Below, piece after piece: positions 39,901-51,628 of a DNA stretch of 64,000 nt (the first letter of the stretch is position 1; every line of letters begins with the position of its first letter). Both the position numbers and the translations under genes were made by a program. This DNA is from Azolla caroliniana (Eukaryota > Plantae > Polypodiophyta): NCBI GenBank assembly GCA_043228905.1, contig JBHGNT010000014.1, forward strand, positions 20,150,001 through 20,214,000, read 5' to 3'. The notes under the pieces are model-generated. The model worked only from the letters and a program-made list of their open reading frames with translations. It was not told the DNA's origin and ran no database searches.

Positions 39901-40897
39901 CACCCACGCCATGAAGTCCCGCCTCGACAACCGAAGCGAGTCGTCAAACCCGTACTTCTTGAGGAGCTGCAACTCGAACTCCTCCCAAGTCTGGCATTCG
40001 GCCAGCACCTCGAGCACCTCTGCGTGGATGCCCGGCGTCACCACCCAAGGGAATCCGGACAACCGCCTATCCACCAGGATATCCCTCATGATCATTTCGG
40101 CCTGGTAAGCCTCCAAATAACTTGTGGCGTCTTTCCCTCCGAACCGGCCTATAGTGTCGACGATCAATTCAATGGCTCTGTCGAGGGTACCCGTCCCCTC
40201 ACGAGTGCTTACCAGCCGGTCGACTGCTACCGTCATTGCCTCTGGTAGCTCTGATCCCCTCATCTTTCGACTCCTTTCCGCCCTTCACGTCGGGTTCACC
40301 AAATATGTCGCGTTGTTACGCGCGCGCGTGCAGAAAGAGGCGGGACCACGGGGGCCTTGAACCGAGCGAGAGAGAGAGACACGCAACACGGAGAAGGAGA
40401 GAGAAACAAACGACACACTTAATTACAGTAACTATAGATTACAATATTCAGAGATTGCACACTCTGACGGTTACAACCGTCAAGGCGGTGATGGACCCGA
40501 CACGGGGTTCCCACTCACGCACACCGACAGAACACACATGACTCAAGAAAACAAAAAGGGGAGAGCCTCTGCCGGAAGCGCACGGGCTGTCCACGAAGCA
40601 GAGGCAGCGAACTCCCGACGCCCGCAGAGAACGACGATTGGGAGAGAGAGCTCGGCCCTCAGTTCTGCAACAACACTTCCTCCTCACCAACGCGCAATAT
40701 TTTTCTCTTCTTCCTCTCCCTCTCTTTTATAGCACAAGGAGGGAGGCCGTTATCACCCGTTACATCATATTAATTCTCTGTCCTTTCGGACAGAGATACA
40801 ATCTGATTCTCTCCCTATTGAATGCGTGCTACCTAGGATTTCACCTCAGCCGACTTGTACCTACCTACTTACTATACAATGAAAAGTGTGCTCGCGT
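33989..40897 (-). mobile_element. Gypsy element A, near full length (3' LTR 33989-34659; 5' LTR 40306-40897, cut by element B; tRNA-Trp PBS 40284-40301)
   Basis: Two similar LTRs and a PPT at 34660-34673. Gag starts at 40263 with a CMWCDAIGH...C knuckle, then protease ALVDHGSEIN, RT (DLYSGYDQF, LPQG, PFLDD), RNase H (VTVDTS, NAMADMLSR) and integrase (H-x5-H...CESC, VDL, ADRG, KVERGH, WFGPY) in gypsy order. No chromodomain; scattered stops and frameshifts. Confidence 0.93.
35575..37842 (-). CDS. Gypsy pol fragment (RT, RNase H, integrase N-terminus) of element A
   Basis: 755-aa ORF with the RT, RNase H and HHCC motifs listed for element A. It continues after stops into 34735..35358. Confidence 0.9.
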   Translation of the reverse strand: MDTKYKTMDRKVRPVMAPLLEGSKERIKGVASDPSLRNPAGIGHRFTDIMLRELKVGGGGFLLPVEEDRFRRMLGRHGKAFVFSPEQIGCVDPTIVEPMVIFTVPHVPWNLKPILVPRAHIPKLVELLKQKVEMGILEPSSAPYSNRWFTVPKKNGMLRFIQDLQSVNKVTIRNAGIRPTIDEFVEAFAGRLIYSVGDLYSGYDQFQLAVESRDITMMRTPLSLVRMCTLPQGGTNSVAHMVNAMNKVLRDCILDITMPFLDDIPIKGCPVDDADETIGPDGCRRFVVNHINECEKVLQRLESARLTFSGEKSVFGQSEILVVGHLCGPYGRKPSPAMVEVISAMRNDCGSVTEVRRFLGACAFYHVWIPHDAHVAKPLYGLLKKGHSFEWRTEHTELVRRLKEALTIAPALRKAVYGKDVPICVTVDTSPIGIGWVISQEDKDGVRFSIWFGAKVLSERQRGYAQVKCELWGIVSAVKADRDYLIGTEVIVETNCLPILDMVSGCATPDLAMLRWIAYIKSLNLEIRHISGKDNAMADMLSRARFNDEDNMVSNDEEVGEDFFGSANVVMRERDTPALNDFDESRYDGEWRQIGRFLRTMTSDTTWTREEVSRVRKKAYRFFQRDKCIWRHPKKRNDILLRVVTKKEEQEELLAAFHKSPWAGHRGTWATFEKLKEKYWWRGLYQDVHWFITTCESCQMHSTIRHRDELHPTYPPTVHFKWMVDLVTMSMGVGQMRYLVLAREDLTNQVEGRAL

Positions 40898-43800
40898 TGT
40901 CGTGAAGAAAACCGTCCACAAGCGGAATCGGTGCACCAGAGCGTAGGAACCGGCTCCTCATACACGTACGCCTTATGTTGTACATAGAAGATCCTAGGTA
41001 GGTAGATTCGGTAGGTAGGAAGTTAATGGGAAACGGCTCCTTCCTTGCCTATAAAAGGAGGGAGACGAGGACGAAGAGGGGATCGCGAAGAGTCGAGGAC
41101 GAAGTGCTGTCGGTTTGTGGGCGAAGGCTTCTCTCTCTCTCTGGCTCGCAAACTCCGTAGCTTCTTTCTGTGCAGGTTTCGGGAGGCTCTCACGCTGCTC
41201 TGAGGAATGCCCGAGTGCTTTCGGCAGCACCTCCAACCTACTCCTTTCTTTCTGTGTGTTTACGAACAGGCATCGGCATATGTTCGCCGGCCTGTTCGGT
41301 TGTAACCGACTACCTGTTTTGTTGTTTGTCTCTGTTAATATATACTTACATACCGTTGTGCCTCTCTGTGTTGGTTTCCACGCTCGCGTCTTCGTGTCGA
41401 AGGGCCGTGTCCCTGTGGATCTACGCTCGCACGTAGTGGGTCCCTTCTCCTCTCTCTCTTGCTCTTTGGTACAAGACCCCCGAGGTCCCGCCTCATTCCA
41501 CGCATCCGCGAGGAATACCTCGACATCTTGGTGAACTCGACGTGAAGGAGGCGGCAGAAGAGCAGAAGATGAAAGGGTCGGATCTTGCGGAGGCCATGGC
41601 TTCGGCCGTGGATCGGATACTGAGCGCACGCGAGGGCACCGGCGCCCACGACAGAGCCATTGAGGCGGTCGTCGGTACGATCGGCCGGTTCAGCGGGAAG
41701 GATGCCACAAAGTATTTGGCGTCCTACGGGGCAGAAATGCTGATGCGGGACATTCCGGAAGAGAGGCGTCCTGCCGGGTTCCCTCGAGTGGCGATGCCGA
41801 GCATCCATGCGGAGGTGCTCGAGGTGCGGGCGGAGAGCCGTACCTGGGATGAGTTCGAAGGTCGACTCCTAGAAAAATACGGGCTGGACGACACGCTCCG
41901 GCTTTCGAAACGGGACTTCATGGAGTGGGTGGAGTCCCCCGGCAAGGGAAGAAACGCGTCGGCACTCCTCTGGGAGTTCGAGGAACGCTTTGCGCGCCTT
42001 TCGGCGCTTGACCGAACCGTTCTGGATACGAGCCGGGTCCTATTGTTCGTCAAGTCGGTGGACGAGCGGGACCGGGATCAAGTCGGCTCCTTGCTGGAAA
42101 CCGAAGACGGGCTGACGACCGACTAGACTGCGGTTAAGAGAGTTTGTGTCCGTTTCGACAAACGGCGAGAATGGGCTGACAACGGGGCGACCGGAGTGGG
42201 CTCTGTCACAACAAGGAGGCTTGAATCGGCACCACAAGGGCGAAGGGCAGAGACCCGGGAGTGGCTCGAAACCGGTTCGGCTTCGACCGGCATGGTCAAT
42301 GACTCGTCCGGAGGAGCAGCGCTGGAGGAGTTGACGTGGGCGATAAAGGATCTCCAGATCGCCCAGACTCGAAGGGAAGGCGGCGAACCGGCTCGTGACC
42401 GATGGCCGGCAGCAGGGAACAAGTGCATGTGGTGCGACGAGGTCGGCCACATTCGGAAGGACTGCGGCGATTTCGCGGAGGCGTTGAGGAACCGGGTGGT
42501 GTACCTGTGGGAAGGCCGGGTGCATACCGGCGATACCAGAAGGGCCCTAAACCGAAACGACGGGGGAGGAGGTATGAAGAGACTGATGGAAGAGGCAGCG
42601 ACCCGACACGTGGAGGCCATCCACTACTCGGCGTCGGCCGGTATTCGGGTCGGGGGCAGCGAGGCCTGAAAGGAGAGCAAAGACGGATTCTGGTCGGCAA
42701 TGCTGGAAGGCCTCGCCGGCGCACGACTGAGGGAAGATGAAGCGGACCACGCTGAGAAACGGGTCCAGGAAATAACCGGGTGGAGCGACCCGGTCGAGGA
42801 GAAGACGGGCTTCGTAGAAGCCGCCTGCCGGAACTACGAGGCTCTGGTGGAAGACAAACGAGTGGCGAAAGCCGGAGCGACCGGGCCCTCACAACGATAC
42901 GAGACCTGATTCGGGCAACGACGGAACGATGCCGGTGGGTCCAGCGCGCAAGATAACCCCAGGAAGGGCGGATACCGACTGGGGACGGAAATAGAAAGGA
43001 CCACGGACCTACAAAAGGTCCTAGAAGAACGGATCCTCGACAGCAAAGTGGAGCTGTCATTGCGGGAGGTGCTAGGGATCGCCAAGAAGGAGTTCCACGA
43101 CTCCATTGTGGACTTGGTGAAGCGGAAGAGGCTGTCGACGGAGACGGAACCGGAAAGACCGGTGGAGGTGTGGACGACGCACATCGACGACAGGCGCTGG
43201 AAGATGAGTGGGCGGAGAGCCACTATTCAAGGCCACACTGGGCCCGAGCGACCACGGAGACCCCGGTAAAGATCGGAGATGTTCAGGAACCGGTGGTGGC
43301 ATTGGTGGACCACGGTTCGGAAATAAACCTGATGTCCATGGACTTCTATAAGAAGGGAAAGTGGCCGATCAACACCAAGCATGGGTGGAAGATACGGGCG
43401 GCGACGCGCGCCACCGAGGAACAACACGGGGCCTGCCCGAACGTGCGAGTCAAGATCGACGACGTCGAGATTGACCAGCACTTCTTCGTACATGAGACGT
43501 CCTCGCACCCGGTCATATTAGGGGAACCATACATCACGGCGGCACGGATGGAGACCAAGGTGCTGGACAATGGTTCGGCCTACGCGAGGGTCAAAAGCCA
43601 GGACGGACGCCATTCGGTCCAATTTCTGACGGTACGACCGAACCACAAGCGAAACCGAAGAAACCTTGTACGATAAGTAAAATTGTTTGCTTTTCCAACA
43701 ACGGAGGGTGTATGATAGTCGGCATCGTTGGTCGAGAAAAGGGAAGGGAGGAGGAGCGACTTCGAGCGTGCGGAGTTCTCGGCCCGGACGAGGAAATCAG

Positions 43801-44272
43801 CGGAGCCGTGGAGGCGGTCTCCTTCGACGACACCTTGGGGATGCTGAGGAAGGTAGCCGGAGAAGACCTTAACGAATACCGGACGATACCGGTATGTTCC
43901 GAAGAGATGTACGAAGTCATCGCGAACTTCAGCCAGGGGCTCCGGTCGGATCGGACGGCCCGAGTTAGCACGAAGTACAAGACTGTGGACCGGAAGGTAA
44001 GGCCAGTCGTGGCACCCTTACCGGAGGGCAGCAAGTCCCGAATCAGAGGGGTTGCGTCGGACGCCAGTTTACGAAATCCGGCCTGCATAGGGCACACCTT
44101 CACCGACGGGACGCTCCAGGAGCTCAAGATCGGTGGGGGCAGGTTCCTACTGCCGGCGGAGGAAGACCGGTTTCGGAGAATGCTCGGAAGGCACAGGAAA
44201 GCCTTCACATTCTCACCCGAAGAGATCGGGTGCGTAGACCCGACAATCGTGGAGCCGATGGTGATATTCACG
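40898..44272 (+). mobile_element. Gypsy element B, 5' half (LTR 40898-41525, PBS 41529-41546, gag-protease, start of RT), inserted in the 5' LTR of A and truncated
   Basis: TGTCGTGAAG...CTCGACA then TCT TGGTGAACTCGACGTGAA. ORFs 41542..42126, 42196..42669, 43170..43676 and 43712..44443 are homologous to A and B'. Confidence 0.9.
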
Positions 44273-44283
44273 ATCGTGGAGCC

Positions 44284-47200
44284 CTTCGACACAAAGACGC
44301 GAGTGGGACAACGACATAGAGACACACGAATGTATATATGTATTAACAAAGACAAACGACAAAACGCGAAGTCGGTTACAACCGAACAGGCCGGCGAACA
44401 GATGCCGATACCTGTTCGTAAACAGACAGAAAGGAAGGAGTAGGTTGGAGGTGCTGCCGGAAGCACTCGGGCATTCCTCAAAGCAGTGCGAGCCTCCCGA
44501 AACCTGCACAAAAGGAAGCTATGGAGCTTGCGAACCAGAGAGAGAGAGAAGCCTTCGCACATAAACCGCCAGCACTTCGTCCTCGACTCTCCGCGATGCC
44601 CTCCCCCTTTCGCGTCTCCCTCCTTTTATAGGCAAGGAAGGAGCCGTTTCCCCCTTTACTTCGTACCCACTAAATCTACCTGCCTAGGATCTTCTATGGA
44701 CAACATTCGAGAAGAGCCGGTTCCTACGCTCCTGTGCACCGATTCCGCTTGCGGACGGTTTTCTTCACGACATCCGCCCCCACCTAATCGCGCATCCACC
44801 GACATGCGCCAAATTGAGTTGGGACGGAGAAAACCGGTCCAGCCTTCATTCCCCGCTCGTCGGTTCTTTCTCGGTTTCGGATCGTTCGTCGTCGCGGTCC
44901 AGGTCAACCGAATCCGGCTCGTCGTCGTGACGCTTCTTGAACGCTTTGATCCACTTCCCCGCTACCGGTATCACCATTCTCGTACCGTTGAGTTCCGCCA
45001 GATGGTACGTTCCGTTGTCGTTGGCGCTTTGTACCACGTAAGGCCCGAACCACCTTCTTGCGAACTTCCGTGTCGCTCGGTGCTAGTTGTCAAGGCTGCT
45101 GTCGTAGACTAGCACCCAGTCGCCTTCCTCGATCTTCTTCGGTCGAACCGGGCTTTGTTCCTCATCCTTGCTTCCCGAAGCTTTTCCGCAGCCTGCTCCA
45201 CGTCCTCCGGTCTTCGCTCGAGCTGTCGTATGCGCGCCGCCAACAGTTCCTCCCGGCTCATCTTGTTTCTCCAGTCCACGGTTGCCCATGAGGAGATCGT
45301 ACGTTCCATCGGCATGACCGGCTTCTGCCCAAACATGAGCTCTGCCGGCATGAATCCGGTTACCGAACTATGCGTAGTTCAGTCAGCCCACAACGCGTAA
45401 GGCAGCAGCCGTGGCCAGTTCCCGACTTGCCCTCCACATGCCCGAACTAACGCCTTGACGATCGGTCCGTGTCCGCGCTCCACCTTTCCATTTGCCTCCG
45501 GATTGTACGCAGTGGTAAGCGAGAGCTTGACCCCTAACCGGTCGAACAGCTCCTTGGCCTCTTCGGCGTCCAACTCCCCGCGATCAGCCACGATCTTCCC
45601 GACGCACCCGTACTGGCATATTACGTCCTCGAGCAGGAACCGACATACGGCTGCAGTCATTTTGTTCTGAAGGGCCCGGCCTTCCACCTGGTTCGTCAGA
45701 TCTTCCCGAGCCAGGACCAGATACCGCATCTGTCCTACTCCCATCGGCATTGTTACCAGGTCTACCATCCATTTGAAGTGGATGGTCGGAGGGTACGTAG
45801 GGTGAAGTTCGTCCCGGTGTCGGACTATGGAGTGCATCTGACAGCTCTCGCAAGTTGTCACAAACCGATGCACGTCCCGGTACAGTCCCGCCCACCAGTA
45901 CTTCCCCTTTATCTTCTCGAACGTGGCCCAGGTTCCACGGTGTCCGGCCCAAGGGCTGTCGTGGTAGGCCGTCAGCAGCTCCTCCTGTTCTTCCTTCATC
46001 GCCACCACCCGGAGCGGGACACCGTTCCTCTTCTTCGGGTGCTTCCATAAGTATCCGTCTCGGAGAAAGAATCGGTAAGCTTTCTTCCGGATCCGGTTGG
46101 CCTCGTCCTTCGTCCATGACGCATCCGGCGTCATTGTCCTCAAAATTCCACCGATCTGGAGCCACTCGCCGTCGTACTTGCTCTCGTCGAAGTCGTTAAG
46201 TGCCGGAGTGCTCGTCCCATCGGTCGTCACGTACGCCGCCTCGAAGAAGTCCACGCCGACTTCTTCGTCCTCCGAAACCATGCCGCCCTCGTCATCAAAC
46301 CTCGCCCTCGAAAGCATGTCGGCCATGGCGTTGTCCTTTCCGGAAATGTGTCGTATTTCCGGATCCAGGGACCTGATGTACGCTATCCACCTGAGCATTG
46401 CCAGGTCCGGTGTCGCGCATCCGGAAACCATGACGGGATGCAATCCCTCAGTACCTTGTTCATTGCATTCACCATGTGGGCCACCGAGTTGGTCCCTCCT
46501 TGCGGCAGGGTACACATTCGCACTAGGCCGAGTGGAGTTCGCATCGTCGTAATGTCTCTGCTCTCCACGGCTAGCTGGAACTGGTCGTACCCCGAGTACA
46601 AATCACCGACCGAGTAAATCGACCTTCCGGCGAAGGCCTCCGCGAACTCGTCTATGGTCGGTCTGATTCCTGCGTTCCGAATGGTCACTCTGTTGACCGG
46701 CTGCAGAGCCTGAATGAAGCGCAATGTTCCGTTTTTCTTTGGTACGGTAAACCATCGGTTCGAGTAAGGCGCACTCGACGGTTCGAGAATACCCATATCG
46801 ACTTTCTGCCTCAATAGCTCCATCAACTTCGGGATGTGAGCTCTCGGTACTGGAATCGGCTTGAGATTCCACGGTACATGTGGTACCGTGAATATCACCA
46901 TCGGCTCCACGATTGTCGGGTCTACGCACCCGATCTCTTCCGGCGAGAATGCGAAGGCTTTCCCGTGCCTTCCGAGCATTCTCCGAAACTGGTCTTCCTC
47001 TGCCGGCAGTAGGAACCCGCCCCCATCGATCTTGAGCTCCCGGAGCATCCCGTCGGTGAAGGTGTGTCCTATGCAGGCCGGATCTCGTAAACTGGGGTCC
47101 GACGCCACCCCTCTGATTCGGGACTCGCTGCCCTCAGGCAAGGGTGCCGCGACTGGCCTTACCTTCCGGTCGACAGTCTTGTAGTTCGTGCTAACTCGGG

Positions 47201-50200
47201 CCGTCCGATCCGACCCGAGCCCCTGACTGAAGTTCGCGATGACTTCGTACATTTCTTCGGAACATACCGGTATCGTCCGGTCTTCGTTAACGTCTTCTCC
47301 GGCTACCTTTCTCAGCATTCCCAAGGTGTCGTCGAAGGAGACCGCCTCCACGGCTCCGCTGATTTCCTCGTCCGGGCCGAGAACTCCGCACGCACGAAGT
47401 CGCACTTCCGCCCTTGTCTTTTCTCGGCCGACGATGCCGACTATCATACACCCTCCGTTGTTGGAGAAGCAAAATTCCCTACCTATCGTATAGTCGTGGG
47501 GTCTTTTCCGAGTGTCCGGGCTATCTCGGCCCCACGCCTTGGCAGCCCTCTCTAAAAATCCTCCCGGCTCTCGCCACCGAGGGATTCACGGTTTCTCTCG
47601 TGGTTCGGCCGCACCGTCAGAAATTGCACCGAATGGCGCCCGTCCTGGCTTTTGACCCTCGCGTAGGCCGAACCATTGTCCAGCACCTTGGTCTCCATTA
47701 TCGCCGCCGTGATGTATGGTTCCCCTAATATGACCGGATGCGAGGACGTCTCATGTACGAAGAAGTGCTGGTCAATCTCGACGTCGCCGAGCTTTACTCG
47801 CACATTCGGGCAGGCCTCGTGCAGTTCCTCGGTGGCGCGCATCGCCGCCCGTATCTTCCACCCGTGCCTAGTGTTGATCGGCCACTTTCCCTTCTTATAG
47901 AAGTCCATGGACATTAGGTTTATTTCCGAACCGTGGTCCACCAACGCCACCACCGGTTCCTGAACATCTCCGATCTTTACCGGGGTCTTCGTGGTCGCTC
48001 GGGCCCAGTGTGGCCTCGAATAGTGGCTCTCCGCCCACTCATCTTCCAGCGCCGAGTCGTCGATGTGCGTCGTCCGCAGCTCCACCGGTCTTTCCGATTC
48101 CGTCTCCGTCGACAATCTCTTCCGTTTCACCAAGTTTACAATGGAGTCGTGGAACTCCTTCTTGGCGATCCCTAGCACCTCCCGCAATGACAGCTCCACT
48201 TTGCTGTCGAGGATCCGTTCTTCTAGGACCTTTCGTAGGTCCGTAGTCCTTTCTATTTCCGTCCCCAGTCGGTACCCGCCCTTCCTGGGGTTATCTCGCG
48301 AGCCGGACCCACCGGCATCGTTCCGTCGTTGCCCGAATCGGGTCTTGTACCGTTGTGAGGGCCCGGCCGCTCCGGCTTTCCCCACTCGTTTTTCTTCTAC
48401 CAGAGCCTCGTAGTTCCGGCAGGCGGCTTCTACGAAGCCCGTCTTCTCCTCGACCGGATCGCTCCACCCGGTTATTTCCCGGACCCGTCTCTCAGCGCGG
48501 TCCGTTTCATCTTTCCTCAGCCGTGCGCCGGCGAGGCCTTCCAGCATTGCCGACCAGAAACCGTCTTTGCTCTCCTTTCGGGCCTCGCTGCCCCTGACCC
48601 GAATACCGGCTGACGCCGAGTAGTGGATGGCCTCCACGTGTCGGGCCGCTGCCTCTTCCATCAGTCTCTTCATACCTCCTCGCCCGTTGTTTCGGTTCAG
48701 GGCCCTCCTGGTGTCGCCAACGTGCACCCGGCCTTCCCACAGGTACACCACCCGGTTTCTCAACGCCTCTGCGAAATCGCCGCAATCCTTCTGAATGTGG
48801 CCGACCTCGTCGCACCACATGCACCTGTTCCCCGCTGTCGGCCGTCGGTCACAAGCCGGTTCGCCGCCTTCCCTTCGAGTCTGGGCGATCTGGAGATCCT
48901 TTATCGCCCGCGTCAACTCCTCCAGCGCTGCTCCTCCGGACGAGCCATTGACCACGTCGGTCGAAGCCGGACCGGTTTCGAGGCATTCCCGGGTTTCTTC
49001 CCTTCACACTTGCGGTGCCGGTTCAAGCCTCCTTGCTGTGACAGAGCCCGCATCGGCCGCCCCGTTGTCAGCCCATCTTCGGTTTCCAGCAAGGAGCCGA
49101 CTTGATCCTTGTCCCTCTCGTCCACCGACTTGACGAACAGTAGGACCCGGCTCGTATCCAGAACGGTTCGGTCAAGCGCCGAAAGGCGCGCAAAGCGTTC
49201 TTCGAACTCCCGGAGGAGTGCCAACGCGTTTCTTCCCTTGCCGGGGGACTCCACCCATTCCATGAAGTCTTGTTTCGAAAGCCGGAGCGCGTCGTCCAGC
49301 CCGTATTTTTCCAGGAGTCGGCCTTCGAACTCCTCCCAGGTACGGCTCTCCCACCGCACCTCGAGCACCTCCGCATGGATGCTCGGCATCGCCACTCGAG
49401 GAAACCCGGCAAGACGCCTCTCTTCTGGAATGTCCCGAATCAGCATTTCTGCCCCGTAGGACGCCAAATACTTCGTGGCATCTTTTCCGCTGAACCGGCC
49501 GATCGTACCGACGACCGCCTCAATGGCTCTGTCGAGGGTGCCGGTGCCCTCGCGTGCACTCAATATTCGATCCACGGCCGAAGCCATGGCCTCCGCAAGA
49601 TCCGATCCTTTCATCTTCTGCTCTTCTGCCGCCTCCTTCACGTCGGGTTCACCAAAGATGTCGAGGTATTCCTCGCGGATGCGTGGAATGAGGCGGGACC
49701 TCGGGGGTCCTGTACCGAAGAGCAAAAGAGAAAGGAGAAGAGACCCACTACGTGCGAGAGTAGATTCACAGGGACACGGCCCTTCGACACAAAGACGCGA
49801 GTGGGACAGCGACATAGAGAGACACGAATGTATGTATGTATTAACAAAGACAAACGACAAAACGCGAAGTCGCTTACAACCGAACAGGCCGGCGAACAGA
49901 TGCTGATACCTGTTCGTAAACACACAGAAAGGAAGGAGTAGGTTGGAGGTGCTGCCGGAAGCACTCGGGCATTCCTCAGAGCAGCGCGAGCCTCCCGAAA
50001 CCTGCACAGAAGGAAGCTATGGAGCTTGCGAACCAGAGAGAGAGAGAAGCCTTCGCACACAAACCGCCAGCACTTCGTCCTCGACTCTCCGCGATGCCCT
50101 CCCCCTTTCGCGTCTCCCTCCTTTTATAGGCAAGGAAGGAGCCGTTTCCCCCTTTACTTCCTACCCACTAAATCTACCTGCCTAGGATCTTCTATGGACA

Positions 50201-50270
50201 ACATTCGAGAAGAGCCGGTTCCTACGCTCCTGTGCACCGATTCCGCTTGCGGACGGTTTTCTTCACGACA
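44284..50270 (-). mobile_element. Gypsy element B' (5' LTR 49659-50270, PBS 49637-49654, 3' LTR remnant 44284-44772) with an internal ~0.74-kb RT/RNase H deletion near 46435
   Basis: Same LTR family as B, opposite strand. ORFs 48913..50007 and 47552..48955 (gag-PR), 46383..47447 (RT N-terminus) and 45379..46515 (RNase H-integrase). PPT at 44773-44785. Confidence 0.92.
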
Positions 50271-51628
50271 ACGGATGGTCACCTTGTTGACTGGTTGCAG
50301 GTCCTGAATGAAGCGCAGCGTGCCGTTCTTCTTCGGCACCGTAAACCACCGATTCGAATACGGGGCACTCGACAGTTCGAGGACACCCATCTCCACCTTT
50401 TGCTTCAGGAGCTCCATCAACTTCGGGATGTGAGCTCTCGGCACCAGAATCGGCTTGAGATTCCACGGTACATGAGGTACCGTGAAGATCACCATCGGTT
50501 CGACAACTATCGGGTCTACGCACCTGATCTCCTCCGGTGAGAATGCGAAAGCCTTCCCCTGCCTCCCGAGCATTCTCCGAAACCGGTCCTCTTCCGCCGG
50601 CAGTAGGAAGCTGCCCCCACCGACCTTGAGCTCCCGTAGCATTATGTCGGTGAACCGGTGCCCTATGCCGGCCGGATTCCGTGAACTTGGGTCCGACGCG
50701 ACCCCTTTTATCCGCCCCTCGCTGCCCTCCGGTAAGGGTGTCGCGACTGGCCTCACCTTCCGGTCTACCGTCTTGTACTTTGTATCCACACGGGCCGTCT
50801 GATCCGACCCGATCCTTTCTCCGAAGTCCGCGATGACTTCGTACATTCCCATCGATCCTACCGGAATGGTCCGGTCTTCTCTAAGATCTTCATCGATCAC
50901 CTTTCGTAGTTCGCCCAAGGTGTTGTCAAAAGAGACCGCCTCCACGGCGCCACTGATGTCTTCGTCGGGGAAGAGGACTTTGCATCCCTTGAGCCACTCC
51001 TCTGCTCGCTTCCTCTCCTGGCCGCTGACGCCGGTTATGGTACAACCTCCATTGTCAAAGAACCAAAACTTCTTACCCATGGTACAAGTCTTCTTCCGTA
51101 CTGTACATTTGTGGGGTTGTTCCCGGGTGTCCGGACTATCGTGGCCCCACGCCTGGATAGCCCTCTCTAAAAATCCCCTCGGGTTTCGCTGCCGAGGGCC
51201 TCACGGTTACGCTCGTGGTTTGGTTGCATCGTTAGGAACTGGACCGAGTGACGCCCGTCCTGGCTCTTGACTCTTCCATAGGCTGAACCGTTCTCCGGCA
51301 CCTTGGTCTCCATCCGTGCTGCCGTGATATATGGCTTTCCTAGTATAACCGGATGCGAGGATGTCTCCTGCACGAAGAAGTGTTGGTCGATCTCGACATC
51401 GCCGATTTTCACCCGTACGTTCGGACAGGCCCCATGTAGTTCTTCCGTGGCGCGCGTCGCTACCCGTATCTTCCAGCCATGCTTGGTGTTGATCGGCCAT
51501 TTACCCTTCTTGTAGAAATCCATGGACATCAGATTGATTTCGGATCCATGGTCTACCAATGCCACCACTGGTTCCAGAACGTTCCCGATCCGTACAGGGG
51601 TTTCCGTAGTCGCCCTGGCCCAATGCGG
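50271..51628 (-). mobile_element. Gypsy element C, protease and RT N-terminal segment (host of B' and D)
   Basis: ORFs 51167..51568 (ALVDHGSEIN...RGDF*) and 50154..51080 (RT N-terminus) are closely similar to A. Confidence 0.88.

Noticed and set aside
40284-40301. tRNA-Trp gene
   Set aside because: Only the 3' 18 nt including CCA are present, adjacent to an LTR. This is a primer-binding site (likewise at 41529, 49637 and 61733).
40898-50270. A single DIRS-like or foldback element with inverted terminal repeats
   Set aside because: No tyrosine recombinase or transposase; each arm has its own PBS and gag, and the outer flanks come from different hosts with no shared TSD.
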